A stretch of 56,308 nt of DNA from Chloroflexota bacterium (GCA_041176225.1 JBEDDM010000002.1:1-56308); one strand, 5' to 3'. Positions 37,433-47,159 are shown, counted from the stretch's first letter. Numbers and translations: made by a program. Notes: generated from the sequence alone by a model not told the origin.

Positions 37433-39715
37433 CTATGCCGTTGCGTCAGCAGGGATGAGTTCAACGATTGCGTTGTAGTCCGGCACATGGCTGATTGGAT
37501 CTCGGTGCACGCCGTCAATGAGCGGATTCGCTTCAGGGAAGTGCATCTGCACGCTCCCTGCGCGAATCGGTGCCACCTTGATGTGTGCCTGCACTTCGCC
37601 TGTCGCACTGCGCACTCTCACGGCGGCGCCATCGACAAAGCCGCGTGTGGCGGCATCGGCCGCGGAGATGAGGATGTCACTGCGCACCGCACCGTTGAGT
37701 GGATCCTTATCTCGCCAGACCATTGAGTTGAACTGCTTGCCACGACGTGTGGAGAGGTTCAGCTTCCCTGCTGGGAGCGTCGCTTCAATTGGGAGCACGG
37801 TTGCAAAGTGCGCCTTCCCGTCGGGCGTGGCAAACACTTGCCCCTCACAGAGGCGCTCGCCACCCCACTGAATTGCATCGCCGCTCTCCTTCAGCGTTTC
37901 AATGCCTGCATAGGAGGGAACAATGCGTGCGATCTCTTCGCGAATCTGCTGCGTGCCCCCAGGGAACGCAACCAGGTGCGCACGTGCGGGATCAACAACC
38001 TGCGCCAACTGCGTGAAGACCTCCCACTCCGTTCGTGCTTCACCGATGCGCGGTCCTGGGATCTCGGGGCTGAAGGCAACGCGTCGCTCTGTGGTGGTCT
38101 CCGTTCCGCCGCCTGGAACTTCGTAACGCGTTGTGGCAGGGAGGAGGAGGACCGCCTCGCCTGGATCAACGAGCATCTGGCTGCTGACCACAATGTCTTG
38201 GTGCACGCGGAGCGGCACCTTGGCGAGCGTGCGCGCAACCGCTTCAGGATCCGGCATCGTCTCCAAGAAGTTGCCGCCAACACTCCAGAGCACATCGATC
38301 TCGCCGCGCTCAGCGGCATCAAGCTGCTGTGGCGCTGAGCGTCCACTCTTCGGCGCGATCGGGAATCCATACGCTGCAGCAAGTGGTTCGGTGTAGCGCG
38401 GCTCAATAGGGAGGCCGCCTGGAAGCGCCGTCGCATACGCGCCCATCTCTGCGCCACCTTGCACGCCGCTATGCCCACGGATCGGCATCAGTCCGGCGCC
38501 AGGGCGGCCGATGTTGCCACGCGCAAGTCCAAGGTTGACGATCGCGGCAACGTTCTCGCTCCCGCAGGCCTGCTGCGTGATCCCCATTGACCAGATCAGG
38601 ACCGCCGACTTCGCTCCTCCGTAGAGCGTGCAGAAGGTCTCAAGCTCCGCGCGCGACGCGCCTGACATGGCCAGGTACTCGTCAATACTTCGCCCGCTGA
38701 GGGCCGCACGGAGTTCGCTCCATCCCGCACTCTTCTCGTTGATGAACTGCTGATCAAGTGTGCCGAGCTCTTCGAGCCTCAGCAGCGCGGCGCTGATGAA
38801 GGCGATGTCCCCCCCTTGGGCGACTTGCACCCATGCGTCAGCCATCTTCGTGCCGAAGAGGAGCGAATCGGCATTGCTTGGGACCCAGTAGCGCTCAAGC
38901 CCAGGCTCGCGGTACGGATTCACCACTAGGATCTTGGCGCCGCGCTTCTTGGCGAGGTGCAGATACTTCATGAAGACTGGCTGTGCGTTCGCCACATTTG
39001 AGCCGAAGAGGATGATGAGATCGCTCTCAATCACATCTCGGTATGACACGGTGGTTGCGCCATAGCCGATGCCGTGCTTCAACGCACCAGTGCTCGGCGC
39101 ATGGCAGATGCGCGCGGCGTTGTCCACGTCGTTTGTTCCGAGGAAGCGCACCACCTTCTGGATGGCGTAGTAGGTCTCGTTCATGATGCCGCGCGCCGTC
39201 AGGAAGAAGGAGATGCGCGAAGGACCAGCCGCCTTGATCTGCGAGCCCGCAATCTGAAGTGCGCGCTCCCAGCTGATGCGCTTGAATCCCGCCTCGCCGC
39301 GCAGGCGCAGCATTGGATATGGGAGTCGACCGAGCGCACGAAGTTCCGTTGAAGAGAGTGAGCGAAGTGCGGTGACGTCCGCAAGACGCGCCGGATCTAG
39401 AGCGCGTGCGGTGTTGACCTGCAACAGGTTGAGGCGCGTGGTGCAGAGGTGAAGTCCGTCAATCGTCCAGTCCTTGAAGCCGGCGACGCCGAGCGCGCAG
39501 CCGTCGCAGACCCCCTTACTGAGAATCCGCCAGGCGTATCGAAGGTTGCCGCGGTTCTCCCAGATCGTCCGCAGGGTCTCCATGACGTGGTTCGGCTTCT
39601 GCAGGCCGATCCCGTTTGGGCGCCAGCTGACAAAGAGCGAGGGCTTCGGGAGCCACGAACCGCCGTAGCGTTTGCGCGGTGCGGAGGGCTCCACGGGTGC
39701 TGGGCTGAAGCTCAT
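37433..39715 (-). CDS. FdhF/YdeP-family molybdopterin oxidoreductase (formate-dehydrogenase-like alpha subunit)
   Basis: 760 aa. N-terminal KGVCDGCALG Cys cluster. Molybdopterin oxidoreductase pattern throughout. No in-frame TGA. Confidence 0.8.
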   Translation of the reverse strand: MSFSPAPVEPSAPRKRYGGSWLPKPSLFVSWRPNGIGLQKPNHVMETLRTIWENRGNLRYAWRILSKGVCDGCALGVAGFKDWTIDGLHLCTTRLNLLQVNTARALDPARLADVTALRSLSSTELRALGRLPYPMLRLRGEAGFKRISWERALQIAGSQIKAAGPSRISFFLTARGIMNETYYAIQKVVRFLGTNDVDNAARICHAPSTGALKHGIGYGATTVSYRDVIESDLIILFGSNVANAQPVFMKYLHLAKKRGAKILVVNPYREPGLERYWVPSNADSLLFGTKMADAWVQVAQGGDIAFISAALLRLEELGTLDQQFINEKSAGWSELRAALSGRSIDEYLAMSGASRAELETFCTLYGGAKSAVLIWSMGITQQACGSENVAAIVNLGLARGNIGRPGAGLMPIRGHSGVQGGAEMGAYATALPGGLPIEPRYTEPLAAAYGFPIAPKSGRSAPQQLDAAERGEIDVLWSVGGNFLETMPDPEAVARTLAKVPLRVHQDIVVSSQMLVDPGEAVLLLPATTRYEVPGGGTETTTERRVAFSPEIPGPRIGEARTEWEVFTQLAQVVDPARAHLVAFPGGTQQIREEIARIVPSYAGIETLKESGDAIQWGGERLCEGQVFATPDGKAHFATVLPIEATLPAGKLNLSTRRGKQFNSMVWRDKDPLNGAVRSDILISAADAATRGFVDGAAVRVRSATGEVQAHIKVAPIRAGSVQMHFPEANPLIDGVHRDPISHVPDYNAIVELIPADATA

Positions 39716-39823
39716 ACGGCGAGTCTAGCGGCGCGCCGAAGTGAGCGGCGGATGGCGCGGGAGGGTACGATCCGCGCGCCGAGTTCTACCCGGCGTAACC
39801 AGCTCCTAGTGAAAGGGGAAGCG

Positions 39824-41137
39824 ATGCCTGCCAGCGTGATCGTCGGTCTCCAGTGGGGCGACGAGGGGAAGGGGAAGACGACCGACTTCCTCGCCGAGCA
39901 GGTTGCGGTGGTTGTGCGTTACCAGGGCGGCGACAACGCAGGGCACACCATTGTCATCGGCGAAGACACGTTCAAGCTGCACCTTGTGCCGAGCGGCGTC
40001 CTCTACGGGCATATCACTCCAATCATCGGGCCAGGCGTCGTCGTCAATCCGGAGACGCTCCTTCGCGAGTTTGATGGGCTGATTGCGCGTGGCATTGACA
40101 TCTCTCGCGTGCGCGTCAGCCACGCTGCATCACTCATCCTCCCGTATCACATTGCCTTGGACAAAGCGCGCGAAACCGCACTCGGTGGTGCGAAGGTTGG
40201 AACGACCGGACGCGGCATTGGCCCAGCGTATGAAGACCGTGCTGCGCGCACCGGACTGCGCGTTGAAGATCTCCTTGACGCAGCCTCCGCCGCATCTCGA
40301 CTATCACGTGCGCTTCCAGCGAAGCGTGCACTCTTGCACGCACTCGGCGCAGACGACCCAGCCGCCACTGATGAGCGCGCGATCCTTGCGCAGATTGCCG
40401 CATGGGGCGAGCGACTCCGCCCGCACATTGCAGATACGAACGAACTGGTGCAGCGCGCACTCGGTGCAGGTGAGCATCTCCTCTTTGAAGGGGCACAAGG
40501 GACGCTGCTTGATTTGAGCCACGGTTCTTATCCGTATGTCACGTCGTCGCATCCAATCGCTGGTGGCGCAACCACCGGCGGCGGAATCGCACCGCTGCAG
40601 ATTGATGAGGTAATGGGCGTGATGAAGGCGTATGCCACGCGCGTCGGCTCAGGACCGTTCGTCACAGAACTGACCGATGCGATCGGTGAGCGCATCGCAA
40701 CGACAGGGCACGAGGTTGGCACCACCACCGGACGCCGTCGACGCGTTGGCTGGAACGATGCGTTGCCGCTGCGCTACGCGGTCCAACTCAACGGTGTCTC
40801 GAGCATCATGCTCAACAAGCTCGATGTGCTCTCTGGGATCCCTGAGATCCTGCTCTGCGTTGCGTATGAGATCGACGGCAAGCGCGTGGAGCGCTGGCCT
40901 TCATCGATCGCGGAGCTTTCGCGAGCCACGCCAATCTACGAGCATTTCCCAGGCTGGAGTGAACCGATCCACAACGTCCGTGCGTTGGCCGACCTCCCTG
41001 AAAACGCGCGGCGCTACGTGACGGCACTCGAGGAGCTTGCGGGCGCGCCGATTGTGCTGCTCTCCGTTGGTCCTGAGCGCACGCAGACGATTGAGCGCGC
41101 GTGGCGACCGATGCGACGCTCTGCGAACCGCCCGTGA
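39824..41137 (+). CDS. purA: adenylosuccinate synthase
   Basis: Internal ATG 39824 with GAAAGGGGA SD. MPASVIVGLQWGDEGKGKTTD and GGDNAGHT. The upstream 125 codons of the ORF are antisense to the ydeP-like gene. Confidence 0.96.
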   Translation: MPASVIVGLQWGDEGKGKTTDFLAEQVAVVVRYQGGDNAGHTIVIGEDTFKLHLVPSGVLYGHITPIIGPGVVVNPETLLREFDGLIARGIDISRVRVSHAASLILPYHIALDKARETALGGAKVGTTGRGIGPAYEDRAARTGLRVEDLLDAASAASRLSRALPAKRALLHALGADDPAATDERAILAQIAAWGERLRPHIADTNELVQRALGAGEHLLFEGAQGTLLDLSHGSYPYVTSSHPIAGGATTGGGIAPLQIDEVMGVMKAYATRVGSGPFVTELTDAIGERIATTGHEVGTTTGRRRRVGWNDALPLRYAVQLNGVSSIMLNKLDVLSGIPEILLCVAYEIDGKRVERWPSSIAELSRATPIYEHFPGWSEPIHNVRALADLPENARRYVTALEELAGAPIVLLSVGPERTQTIERAWRPMRRSANRP

Positions 41138-41141
41138 TTGA

Positions 41142-42455
41142 TTGATCGTGATTGATCGATACACCACACCCGAGATGCGCAACGTCTGGGGAGACGCCGC
41201 GCGCTGGAACGCAGCGCTCCGCGTTGAGGTGGCCGTCGCGCAGGCTCAGGCGAAGCGCGGCGACATCCCCGCCGAAGCGGCGCAGGCGATCAGCACGCGC
41301 GCCACGGTGAACCTCGCACGAATCGCTGAGCTTGAGGCAACCCTTGATCACGACACGCTCGCCTTCGTCAATGCCGTTGCCGAGTCGGTGGGCCCTGAAG
41401 GGCGCTATCTCCACTACGGCCTCACCAGTAGCGATGTGGTTGACACCGCCCTCGCCCTCCAGCTCCGCGCCGCCGCAGACCTGATCCTCGCCGAATTAGA
41501 CGCGCTCATTGCGGTGATCATCCGGCGCGCGCGCGAGGAGCGCGACACGGTGATGGCTGGGCGCACGCACTCCGTGCATGCGGAGCCGATGACGTTCGGT
41601 GCAAAGCTCGCCGGCTGGGCATTTGAGGCGGCTCGCAACCGCACGCGACTCGCTACAGCGGCCGACGAGGTGGCCACCGGGAAGATCTCAGGCCCTGTTG
41701 GGACGTATAGCCAGATTGATCCCGCGATTGAGCGCGAGGTGCTCTCCGCACTTGGCCTGCGTGTGGATCCAGTCAGCACACAGATCGTGCAGCGCGATCG
41801 GCACGCCGCCCTTGTTGCCGCGATCGCGATCACGGGTGGCACGCTTGAGCGATTTGCAACAGAGATTCGCAACCTGCAACACACGGAGATTGACGAGGTT
41901 CGTGAACCGTTCCGCAGTGGCCAAGCGGGGAGTTCGGCCATGCCACAGAAACGCAACCCGGTGAAGAGCGAGCGCATTGCCGGACTTGCGCGAATCTTGC
42001 GTGGATACGCGGCAGCGGCAGCGGAGAACCAAGCGCTCTGGCATGAGCGCGACATGAGTCATAGCTCAGCGGAGCGCATCCTCCTCCCAGATGCGACTGG
42101 GCTCATTCACTACGCGCTCCGCTCTATGCACGGCATCATTGACGGGCTTGAGGTCAATCGAGAGGCGATGCGCAGGAATCTTGACGCGGGCCTCGGACTG
42201 CACGCCGCCTCGCGTCTCCTCACCGCACTCGTCAACGCAGGCGCGCCGCGCGACCAGGCGTATGCACTCGTGCAAGAAGCCACCGCCGCCGCACGCTCAG
42301 AGTTGCGTCCGCTCGCGGATGTTGCGCGCGCAACCAGAGAGATTAGTGCGTTGCTCGATGAGCGCGAGATCGTCCGTGCGCTTGATGAGCGAGCGGCGCT
42401 TGCGCACTGCGGTCTCCTTGTGGATCGCTTGAAGGAGATTGAGACACGCTCCTAG
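41142..42455 (+). CDS. purB: adenylosuccinate lyase
   Basis: IDRYTTPEMRNVW N-terminus and fumarate-lyase signature GSSAMPQKRNP. Confidence 0.94.
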   Translation: MIVIDRYTTPEMRNVWGDAARWNAALRVEVAVAQAQAKRGDIPAEAAQAISTRATVNLARIAELEATLDHDTLAFVNAVAESVGPEGRYLHYGLTSSDVVDTALALQLRAAADLILAELDALIAVIIRRAREERDTVMAGRTHSVHAEPMTFGAKLAGWAFEAARNRTRLATAADEVATGKISGPVGTYSQIDPAIEREVLSALGLRVDPVSTQIVQRDRHAALVAAIAITGGTLERFATEIRNLQHTEIDEVREPFRSGQAGSSAMPQKRNPVKSERIAGLARILRGYAAAAAENQALWHERDMSHSSAERILLPDATGLIHYALRSMHGIIDGLEVNREAMRRNLDAGLGLHAASRLLTALVNAGAPRDQAYALVQEATAAARSELRPLADVARATREISALLDEREIVRALDERAALAHCGLLVDRLKEIETRS

Positions 42456-42461
42456 AAACCG

Positions 42462-43313
42462 CTAGCGCTGCACCACGTCAAACTGGGTATAGGCGTTGAA
42501 CGAACCTTCGCGCAAGAATCCGATCAGGCAGATGCCGAGTCGTTCCGCCGTCTCCACCGCAAGCGATGATGGCGCGCCGACGCAGGCGATCGCGCCGTAG
42601 CCGGCAGCGGCCGCCTTCTGCACGAGTTCAAAGGAGCAGCGGCCGGAGAGGAGAAGCAGTGCGCCACTGAGCGGGAGTGCCTGGCGGAGCGCCGCTTCAC
42701 CAATCAACTTGTCGACGGCGTTGTGACGCCCAACATCTTCGCGAACAGCACTGATACTGAGCGCGCCACTCGGCGCAACGGCGACGGTAGCCGCGGCGTG
42801 TATGCCCCCCGTCTCTCCAAAGATGGATTGCGCGTCGCGAAGCTGCGCGGGGAGCTTGAGGAGTGCGTCGTGATCGATGCGCTTGATCGGCTGCACGCGC
42901 CCGAGTCGCTGGACGACGTCGTCAATGGACGCCTTGCCACAGATGCCACACGACGCAGTAGCAACGGTTGTGCGCGTTGGAACCCGCGCCGCATCGAACG
43001 CGCCTGTCACGTGAACGCTGATGTGGTTCTCTGGCTGTGATGCGTCAAGCGGGTCACCAAACGTGACGCGCGCCACAGAAGTTTGCGTGACCAGGGATTC
43101 GCTGACGAGGAAGCCGACAGCGAGCTCTTCATCCTGACCCGGCGTGCGCATGGTCACCGCAACATCAAGTCGCAGTCCATCTGCATCGACCACGCTGATC
43201 TGCGCAGGCTCTTCACCCGTCAGTGTGTCGTCGCGTTCACGTGCGACACCGTCTCGCCAAGTGCGCACACGGTGAGGTGTGGTGCGTCGCTGCGGATCAG
43301 GTGTGCCGCTCAT
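42462..43313 (-). CDS. fdhD: formate dehydrogenase accessory sulfurtransferase FdhD
   Basis: ATASCGICGKASID motif. 283 aa. Confidence 0.88.
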   Translation of the reverse strand: MSGTPDPQRRTTPHRVRTWRDGVARERDDTLTGEEPAQISVVDADGLRLDVAVTMRTPGQDEELAVGFLVSESLVTQTSVARVTFGDPLDASQPENHISVHVTGAFDAARVPTRTTVATASCGICGKASIDDVVQRLGRVQPIKRIDHDALLKLPAQLRDAQSIFGETGGIHAAATVAVAPSGALSISAVREDVGRHNAVDKLIGEAALRQALPLSGALLLLSGRCSFELVQKAAAAGYGAIACVGAPSSLAVETAERLGICLIGFLREGSFNAYTQFDVVQR

Positions 43314-43340
43314 GGGGCGATGCTACCGCGGGAAAATCGA

Positions 43341-43370
43341 ACGGCCGAGACCCCGAAGGGTCCCGGCCGT
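43341..43370 (-). terminator. intrinsic terminator after the zinc-ribbon gene
   Basis: The minus strand reads acggccgggacc cttcgg ggtctcggccgt followed by tcgatttt. Confidence 0.7.
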
Positions 43371-43395
43371 CCGGTTAACGACGAAACTCGTAAGC

Positions 43396-43758
43396 TCAGC
43401 GCGCTGGGCGTCGGCTTGCGAAGCAGGTGTCGCAGTAGACCGGCTTGCCGCTCGTTGGCAGGAAGGGGACCATCGTCTCCTTACCGCAGTCCGAGCAGGT
43501 CGTCGGGTGCATCTCGCGTGGTCCGCGTGGAGCTCGCGGGGCGCCGTAGCCACCCGCGCTGTAGCTGCCGCCGCCGGTGTAGCCGCCGAAGCCGCCACCC
43601 GCTGAACCACCCTCGCGCTGCGCCTTGCGGGCATTGCGGCATGGTGTGCAGCGCTTTGGCTCCGTGAAACCGCGCTCGGCGTAGAACTCCTGGTCCCGCG
43701 CCGTGAATACGAACTCCTGGCTGCAATCCATGCAGACCAAGTTCTTGTCTGTGTACAT
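43396..43758 (-). CDS. double zinc-ribbon protein (zf-trcl-like N-domain, Gly/Tyr-rich linker, CxxC-x17-CxxC C-domain), 120 aa
   Basis: ATG 43758 with AGGAG SD. CMDC...CTPC, then GGSAGGGFGGYTGGGSYSAGGYG, then CSDC-x17-CDTC. Confidence 0.8.
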   Translation of the reverse strand: MYTDKNLVCMDCSQEFVFTARDQEFYAERGFTEPKRCTPCRNARKAQREGGSAGGGFGGYTGGGSYSAGGYGAPRAPRGPREMHPTTCSDCGKETMVPFLPTSGKPVYCDTCFASRRPAR

Positions 43759-43991
43759 TCCGTTCACTCCTATTGTTGGCTCGCCTCGTGTTCCGAAGGT
43801 TTGTCTCGCGAGCCCTAGAGGGAACGGTTGACTGATCTCGGTCGCGTGCGTGCATCCTATGCTGCCCGAAGTCCGGGCCAGCCCCCGAAGCATACGGCAT
43901 CCCGCTCCCCGCCGATAGGGGGCTGCTCTACACTCACTTTTGAGGTGCCAATCGTGCCCGACCGAACCAACCGAGCAGGAGGAGGTCCCAG

Positions 43992-44684
43992 ATGCTGAAC
44001 CGAACCCTTATCGCCCCCCTTGCCGCTGAGGTGATCGGCACCTTCCTCTTCTTCGTGGTTGGGGGAGGCGCAGTGATCGCAGACGCCCAGACCGGCGGCG
44101 CGGTCGGCCTGCTCGGGATCGCCCTCGCACACGGCTTCGCGCTCGCCGCCCTTGCAACCGCGTTCGGACCGATTAGCGGTGGACAGTTCAACCCTGCGAT
44201 CACCATCGCACTCTGGCTGATTGGCAGGATCCGAACGGTCGAGGGCCTCCGCTACATCGCCGCTCAGTTGGTTGGCGCTGTTGGGGCCGGACTCGCGCTG
44301 AAGCTCGCCTTCGGCGGGTTCGATGGTGAGCCGAGCGTTTACGGATTCGCTGGCGGAGCCGTGCCAACCCTCTCTATGGGAGCGGGTACCCCCCTCTTGA
44401 TTGGTGTTGAAGCGGTGCTCACCGCCGTACTCGCGTTTGCAGTCCTCTTAACCGCGGTCGACAACCGAGGTCCAAAGATCGGCGCGCTCTTCATCGGCTT
44501 CGCTGTTACCGCCGACATCCTCGTCGGTGCACCGCTTACCGGGGCAGCGATGAATCCTGCACGCTGGTTCGGTCCAGCACTTGTCTTCGGCGACCTCTCT
44601 GGTGTAATCGTCTACACCGCCGGTCCGATCATTGGTGCAACGTTCGCCGCGCTCTCTGTCCGCTACCTTTTCGCCGAGCGATAG
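43992..44684 (+). CDS. aqpZ: aquaporin/MIP-family channel
   Basis: Two NPA boxes (GGQFNPAITIA and GAAMNPARWFGPA). 230 aa. Confidence 0.92.
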   Translation: MLNRTLIAPLAAEVIGTFLFFVVGGGAVIADAQTGGAVGLLGIALAHGFALAALATAFGPISGGQFNPAITIALWLIGRIRTVEGLRYIAAQLVGAVGAGLALKLAFGGFDGEPSVYGFAGGAVPTLSMGAGTPLLIGVEAVLTAVLAFAVLLTAVDNRGPKIGALFIGFAVTADILVGAPLTGAAMNPARWFGPALVFGDLSGVIVYTAGPIIGATFAALSVRYLFAER

Positions 44685-45167
44685 ATGCCGCGTGATGATT
44701 GGGCAACGCCGCGATCGGCGCTGCGTAAATCTGCGCAGCGTTGGTTCGGACGACTCATTGGACTGGTTGTGCCGTTGCATGCGCGTCTTGCGCTCGCAAC
44801 TAACGGGCGCATCACCCCAAGCCTCTTCTGGCGACCAGGGATCATCCTTGAGACTACTGGACGAAAAAGCGGGTTGCCGCGTCGCGCCGTCATCACCTAC
44901 CTCCCGGATCACGATCGCATTGTCCTTGTGGCGAGCAACTATGGCCGCCCTGGGAATCCGAGCTGGTACGAAAATCTTGTCGCAGATCCCCACGTGCGTG
45001 TGATTCGCCGCGGCCAATCACTCCCGTATGTTGCGCGCGTGACGGCTGGCGACGAACGGCGCAACCTCTTGAAGCGCACGGACGATGCCACGTACGGCGT
45101 CTATGCGGCGTACTCTCGGAAGACCGATCGCGAGATCCCAGTTGTCGTTCTGACGCCAGCACCATGA
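44685..45167 (+). CDS. deazaflavin (F420)-dependent nitroreductase-family (DDN/DUF385) protein
   Basis: TTGRKSGLPRRAVITY ... VASNYGRPGNPSWYENLVADPHV pattern. Confidence 0.75.
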   Translation: MPRDDWATPRSALRKSAQRWFGRLIGLVVPLHARLALATNGRITPSLFWRPGIILETTGRKSGLPRRAVITYLPDHDRIVLVASNYGRPGNPSWYENLVADPHVRVIRRGQSLPYVARVTAGDERRNLLKRTDDATYGVYAAYSRKTDREIPVVVLTPAP

Positions 45168-45877
45168 GTGGAGCAGTGACAAACGAGCTCCGCACGGCGC
45201 GCCGCCGGCTCGCATCTGATTCGATTGGCATCTGGGTGCTTGCGATTGTCATTGGCACGATCTTCGGATTTACGGCGCGTGAGGGTGGCCTCTCACTGAT
45301 TGAGACGGCGGCGTTTAGCGCAATCTTGTTCGCGGGAGCGTCGCAGTTTGCGGCGGTCGGACTGCTCGCGGTCGCAGCACCATGGGCTTCCATCGTGCTC
45401 TTGGTCTGGCTCCTGAATGCGCGCCACTTCCTCTACGCCGCATCCATTGCGCCTCACGCGGCGGCACTACCGCGACGTGTTCGTGCAGGCCTTGCGTTCC
45501 TGCTCACTGATGAGGCGTTCGCGCTGACTAGCGCGCATGTGGCACGACTCGGCCGCATTGATCTTCCCGGTGCGTGGTACGCGGGCTTCGCCATCTTCGT
45601 GCCGTGGAACCTTGCAACGCTCGCGGGTTGGCTCGCGGGTGCGGCGCTCCCTGACCCCGCCACGATCGGCCTTGATGTTGTCTTCCCTGCATCCATGGCG
45701 GGCCTTGCGGTTGGACTCGTTCGAGATCGAGCGGCGCTCGCCGCGCTCGCCGCAGGATCCGTTGCAGCTGTTGGTGCGGCACTGCTCATCAACGCGAGTG
45801 CTGCGGTGATGATCGGTGGACTGCTCGGGCCACTTGTTGGACTCGTCGTTGCGAATCGAAGTAGAGGTGCGCGATGA
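45164..45877 (+). CDS. azlC: AzlC-family branched-chain amino acid exporter subunit
   Basis: FSAILFAGASQFAAVGLL motif. ATGA overlap. Confidence 0.85.
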   Translation: MSGAVTNELRTARRRLASDSIGIWVLAIVIGTIFGFTAREGGLSLIETAAFSAILFAGASQFAAVGLLAVAAPWASIVLLVWLLNARHFLYAASIAPHAAALPRRVRAGLAFLLTDEAFALTSAHVARLGRIDLPGAWYAGFAIFVPWNLATLAGWLAGAALPDPATIGLDVVFPASMAGLAVGLVRDRAALAALAAGSVAAVGAALLINASAAVMIGGLLGPLVGLVVANRSRGAR

Positions 45878-46203
45878 TTGATCCGCTGCGCACCGATCTT
45901 GTTCCACTCGCCATCCTCGGCGGGATCGGAACATATGCCGCGCGCGCACTCCCACTCCTTGCGCCAGGGGCCGATCGCCTCCCTGCGCCAGTACTCGCCT
46001 ACCTGCGCCTGATTGGCCCCGCGGTGCTCGGCGCAATCGCCGCCGCAAACGTGTTCGTCGCCGACGCTTCGCTCCGAGTTGGGCCAGAGGCCGCTGCGGT
46101 TGTTGTGGGGGCGCTGATTGGACGCTGGCGCGGCAGCCTCTTGGTGGGCATGGCGGCATCGGTGATCGCAGTGCTCCTGCTGCGCGCTACGATCGCGGCA
46201 TGA
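45874..46203 (+). CDS. azlD: AzlD-family small membrane subunit
   Basis: 109-aa hydrophobic protein directly coupled (ATGA) after azlC. Confidence 0.7.
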   Translation: MIDPLRTDLVPLAILGGIGTYAARALPLLAPGADRLPAPVLAYLRLIGPAVLGAIAAANVFVADASLRVGPEAAAVVVGALIGRWRGSLLVGMAASVIAVLLLRATIAA

Positions 46204-47159
46204 TTGACCTCAACGGGATCTCACTTCGCAATCGCCTTATCACCAGTTCAAGCCTCCTCGGATACGGCGCGCCGAAGGGGCGGTTTGCAGTTCTTGGGCT
46301 TTCGCCGATCTCCAACTTTGTGGACCTTCGACGATTCGGTGCCGTGACAGTGCGCACGGTCACGACGCAACCGCGCGAAGGACACTTCACCCTGAAGGAG
46401 TCGTGGCGCGTCTCGGAGATCCCCGAGCTGCTACGCCTCTACCGCGGCGCACTGCAGGAGGCCGATGCGGGTTGGCTCAATGCGTTCGGCTGGTCAAACA
46501 TCGGCATTGACCGCTACTTCGACGAGTACTTCCCGCGAACAACTGAGCAGAACCGCATCCTCTCGCTCGGTGGATTTAGTGCGGATGAATTCGCATCACT
46601 GGTGGAGCGCGTGAATAGCCAAGCGCCTTCCGGATCACTCGCTGCGGTGGAGTTCAATGTCTCCTGCCATAACGTGAACTTTGACTTCAATCCCATCATT
46701 GAAGAGGTGCTCAAGCGTGCGGTTCCCGCCTCGCGCTTCCCTGTGATCCTGAAGCTCTCACCAGACTTTGACTACCTCGCCCACGCGCGCTTGGCGGAAG
46801 CGAACGGTGTCGCCGCACTGAGTGCGATCAACACGGTGAAGGGCCTGCGACTCGACCCGAAGAGCGGCGCGCCACTGCTGAAGAATCGTTACGGCGGGCT
46901 CTCTGGTCGCGCCATTAAGCCGATCGGCCTACGAGTGGTGAGTGAGTTGCGTGAGGCTGGCATCCGCCTCCCAATCATCGCCGGCGGTGGCGTGCGCACC
47001 TTCAACGACGTGCGGGAGTATGGATGGGCTGGTGCGGATGCGGCATCGCTCGGCTCTGAGGCGTGGCTCAAGCCTCTATGGTCAATGCCGCTGGCGCCGT
47101 TGCACGGACTTCACATTCGGCGCCTCATTCGTCAGGTAGAAGGGTGGTCACCGAGATGA
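46200..47159 (+). CDS. class-1 dihydroorotate dehydrogenase-like flavoenzyme (DHOD/DHPD family)
   Basis: L-rich TIM-barrel pattern. EFNVSCHNVN resembles the NLSCPN catalytic loop. IIAGGGV FMN-phosphate motif. Confidence 0.7.
   Translation: MIDLNGISLRNRLITSSSLLGYGAPKGRFAVLGLSPISNFVDLRRFGAVTVRTVTTQPREGHFTLKESWRVSEIPELLRLYRGALQEADAGWLNAFGWSNIGIDRYFDEYFPRTTEQNRILSLGGFSADEFASLVERVNSQAPSGSLAAVEFNVSCHNVNFDFNPIIEEVLKRAVPASRFPVILKLSPDFDYLAHARLAEANGVAALSAINTVKGLRLDPKSGAPLLKNRYGGLSGRAIKPIGLRVVSELREAGIRLPIIAGGGVRTFNDVREYGWAGADAASLGSEAWLKPLWSMPLAPLHGLHIRRLIRQVEGWSPR

Noticed and set aside
37433-39715. Possible selenocysteine (in-frame TGA) in the formate-dehydrogenase-like oxidoreductase
   Set aside because: The 760-aa frame is uninterrupted. 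No in-frame TGA or SECIS-like hairpin is needed, so it is a Cys-type enzyme.
39449-39823. 125-codon N-terminal extension of the purA ORF
   Set aside because: It is antisense to the 5' end of the YdeP-like gene. The canonical PurA N-terminus (VIVGLQWGDEGKGK) follows ATG 39824, which has an SD.
45467-46159. 230-aa minus-strand ORF
   Set aside because: It is antisense to azlC/azlD and is an Arg-rich shadow frame.
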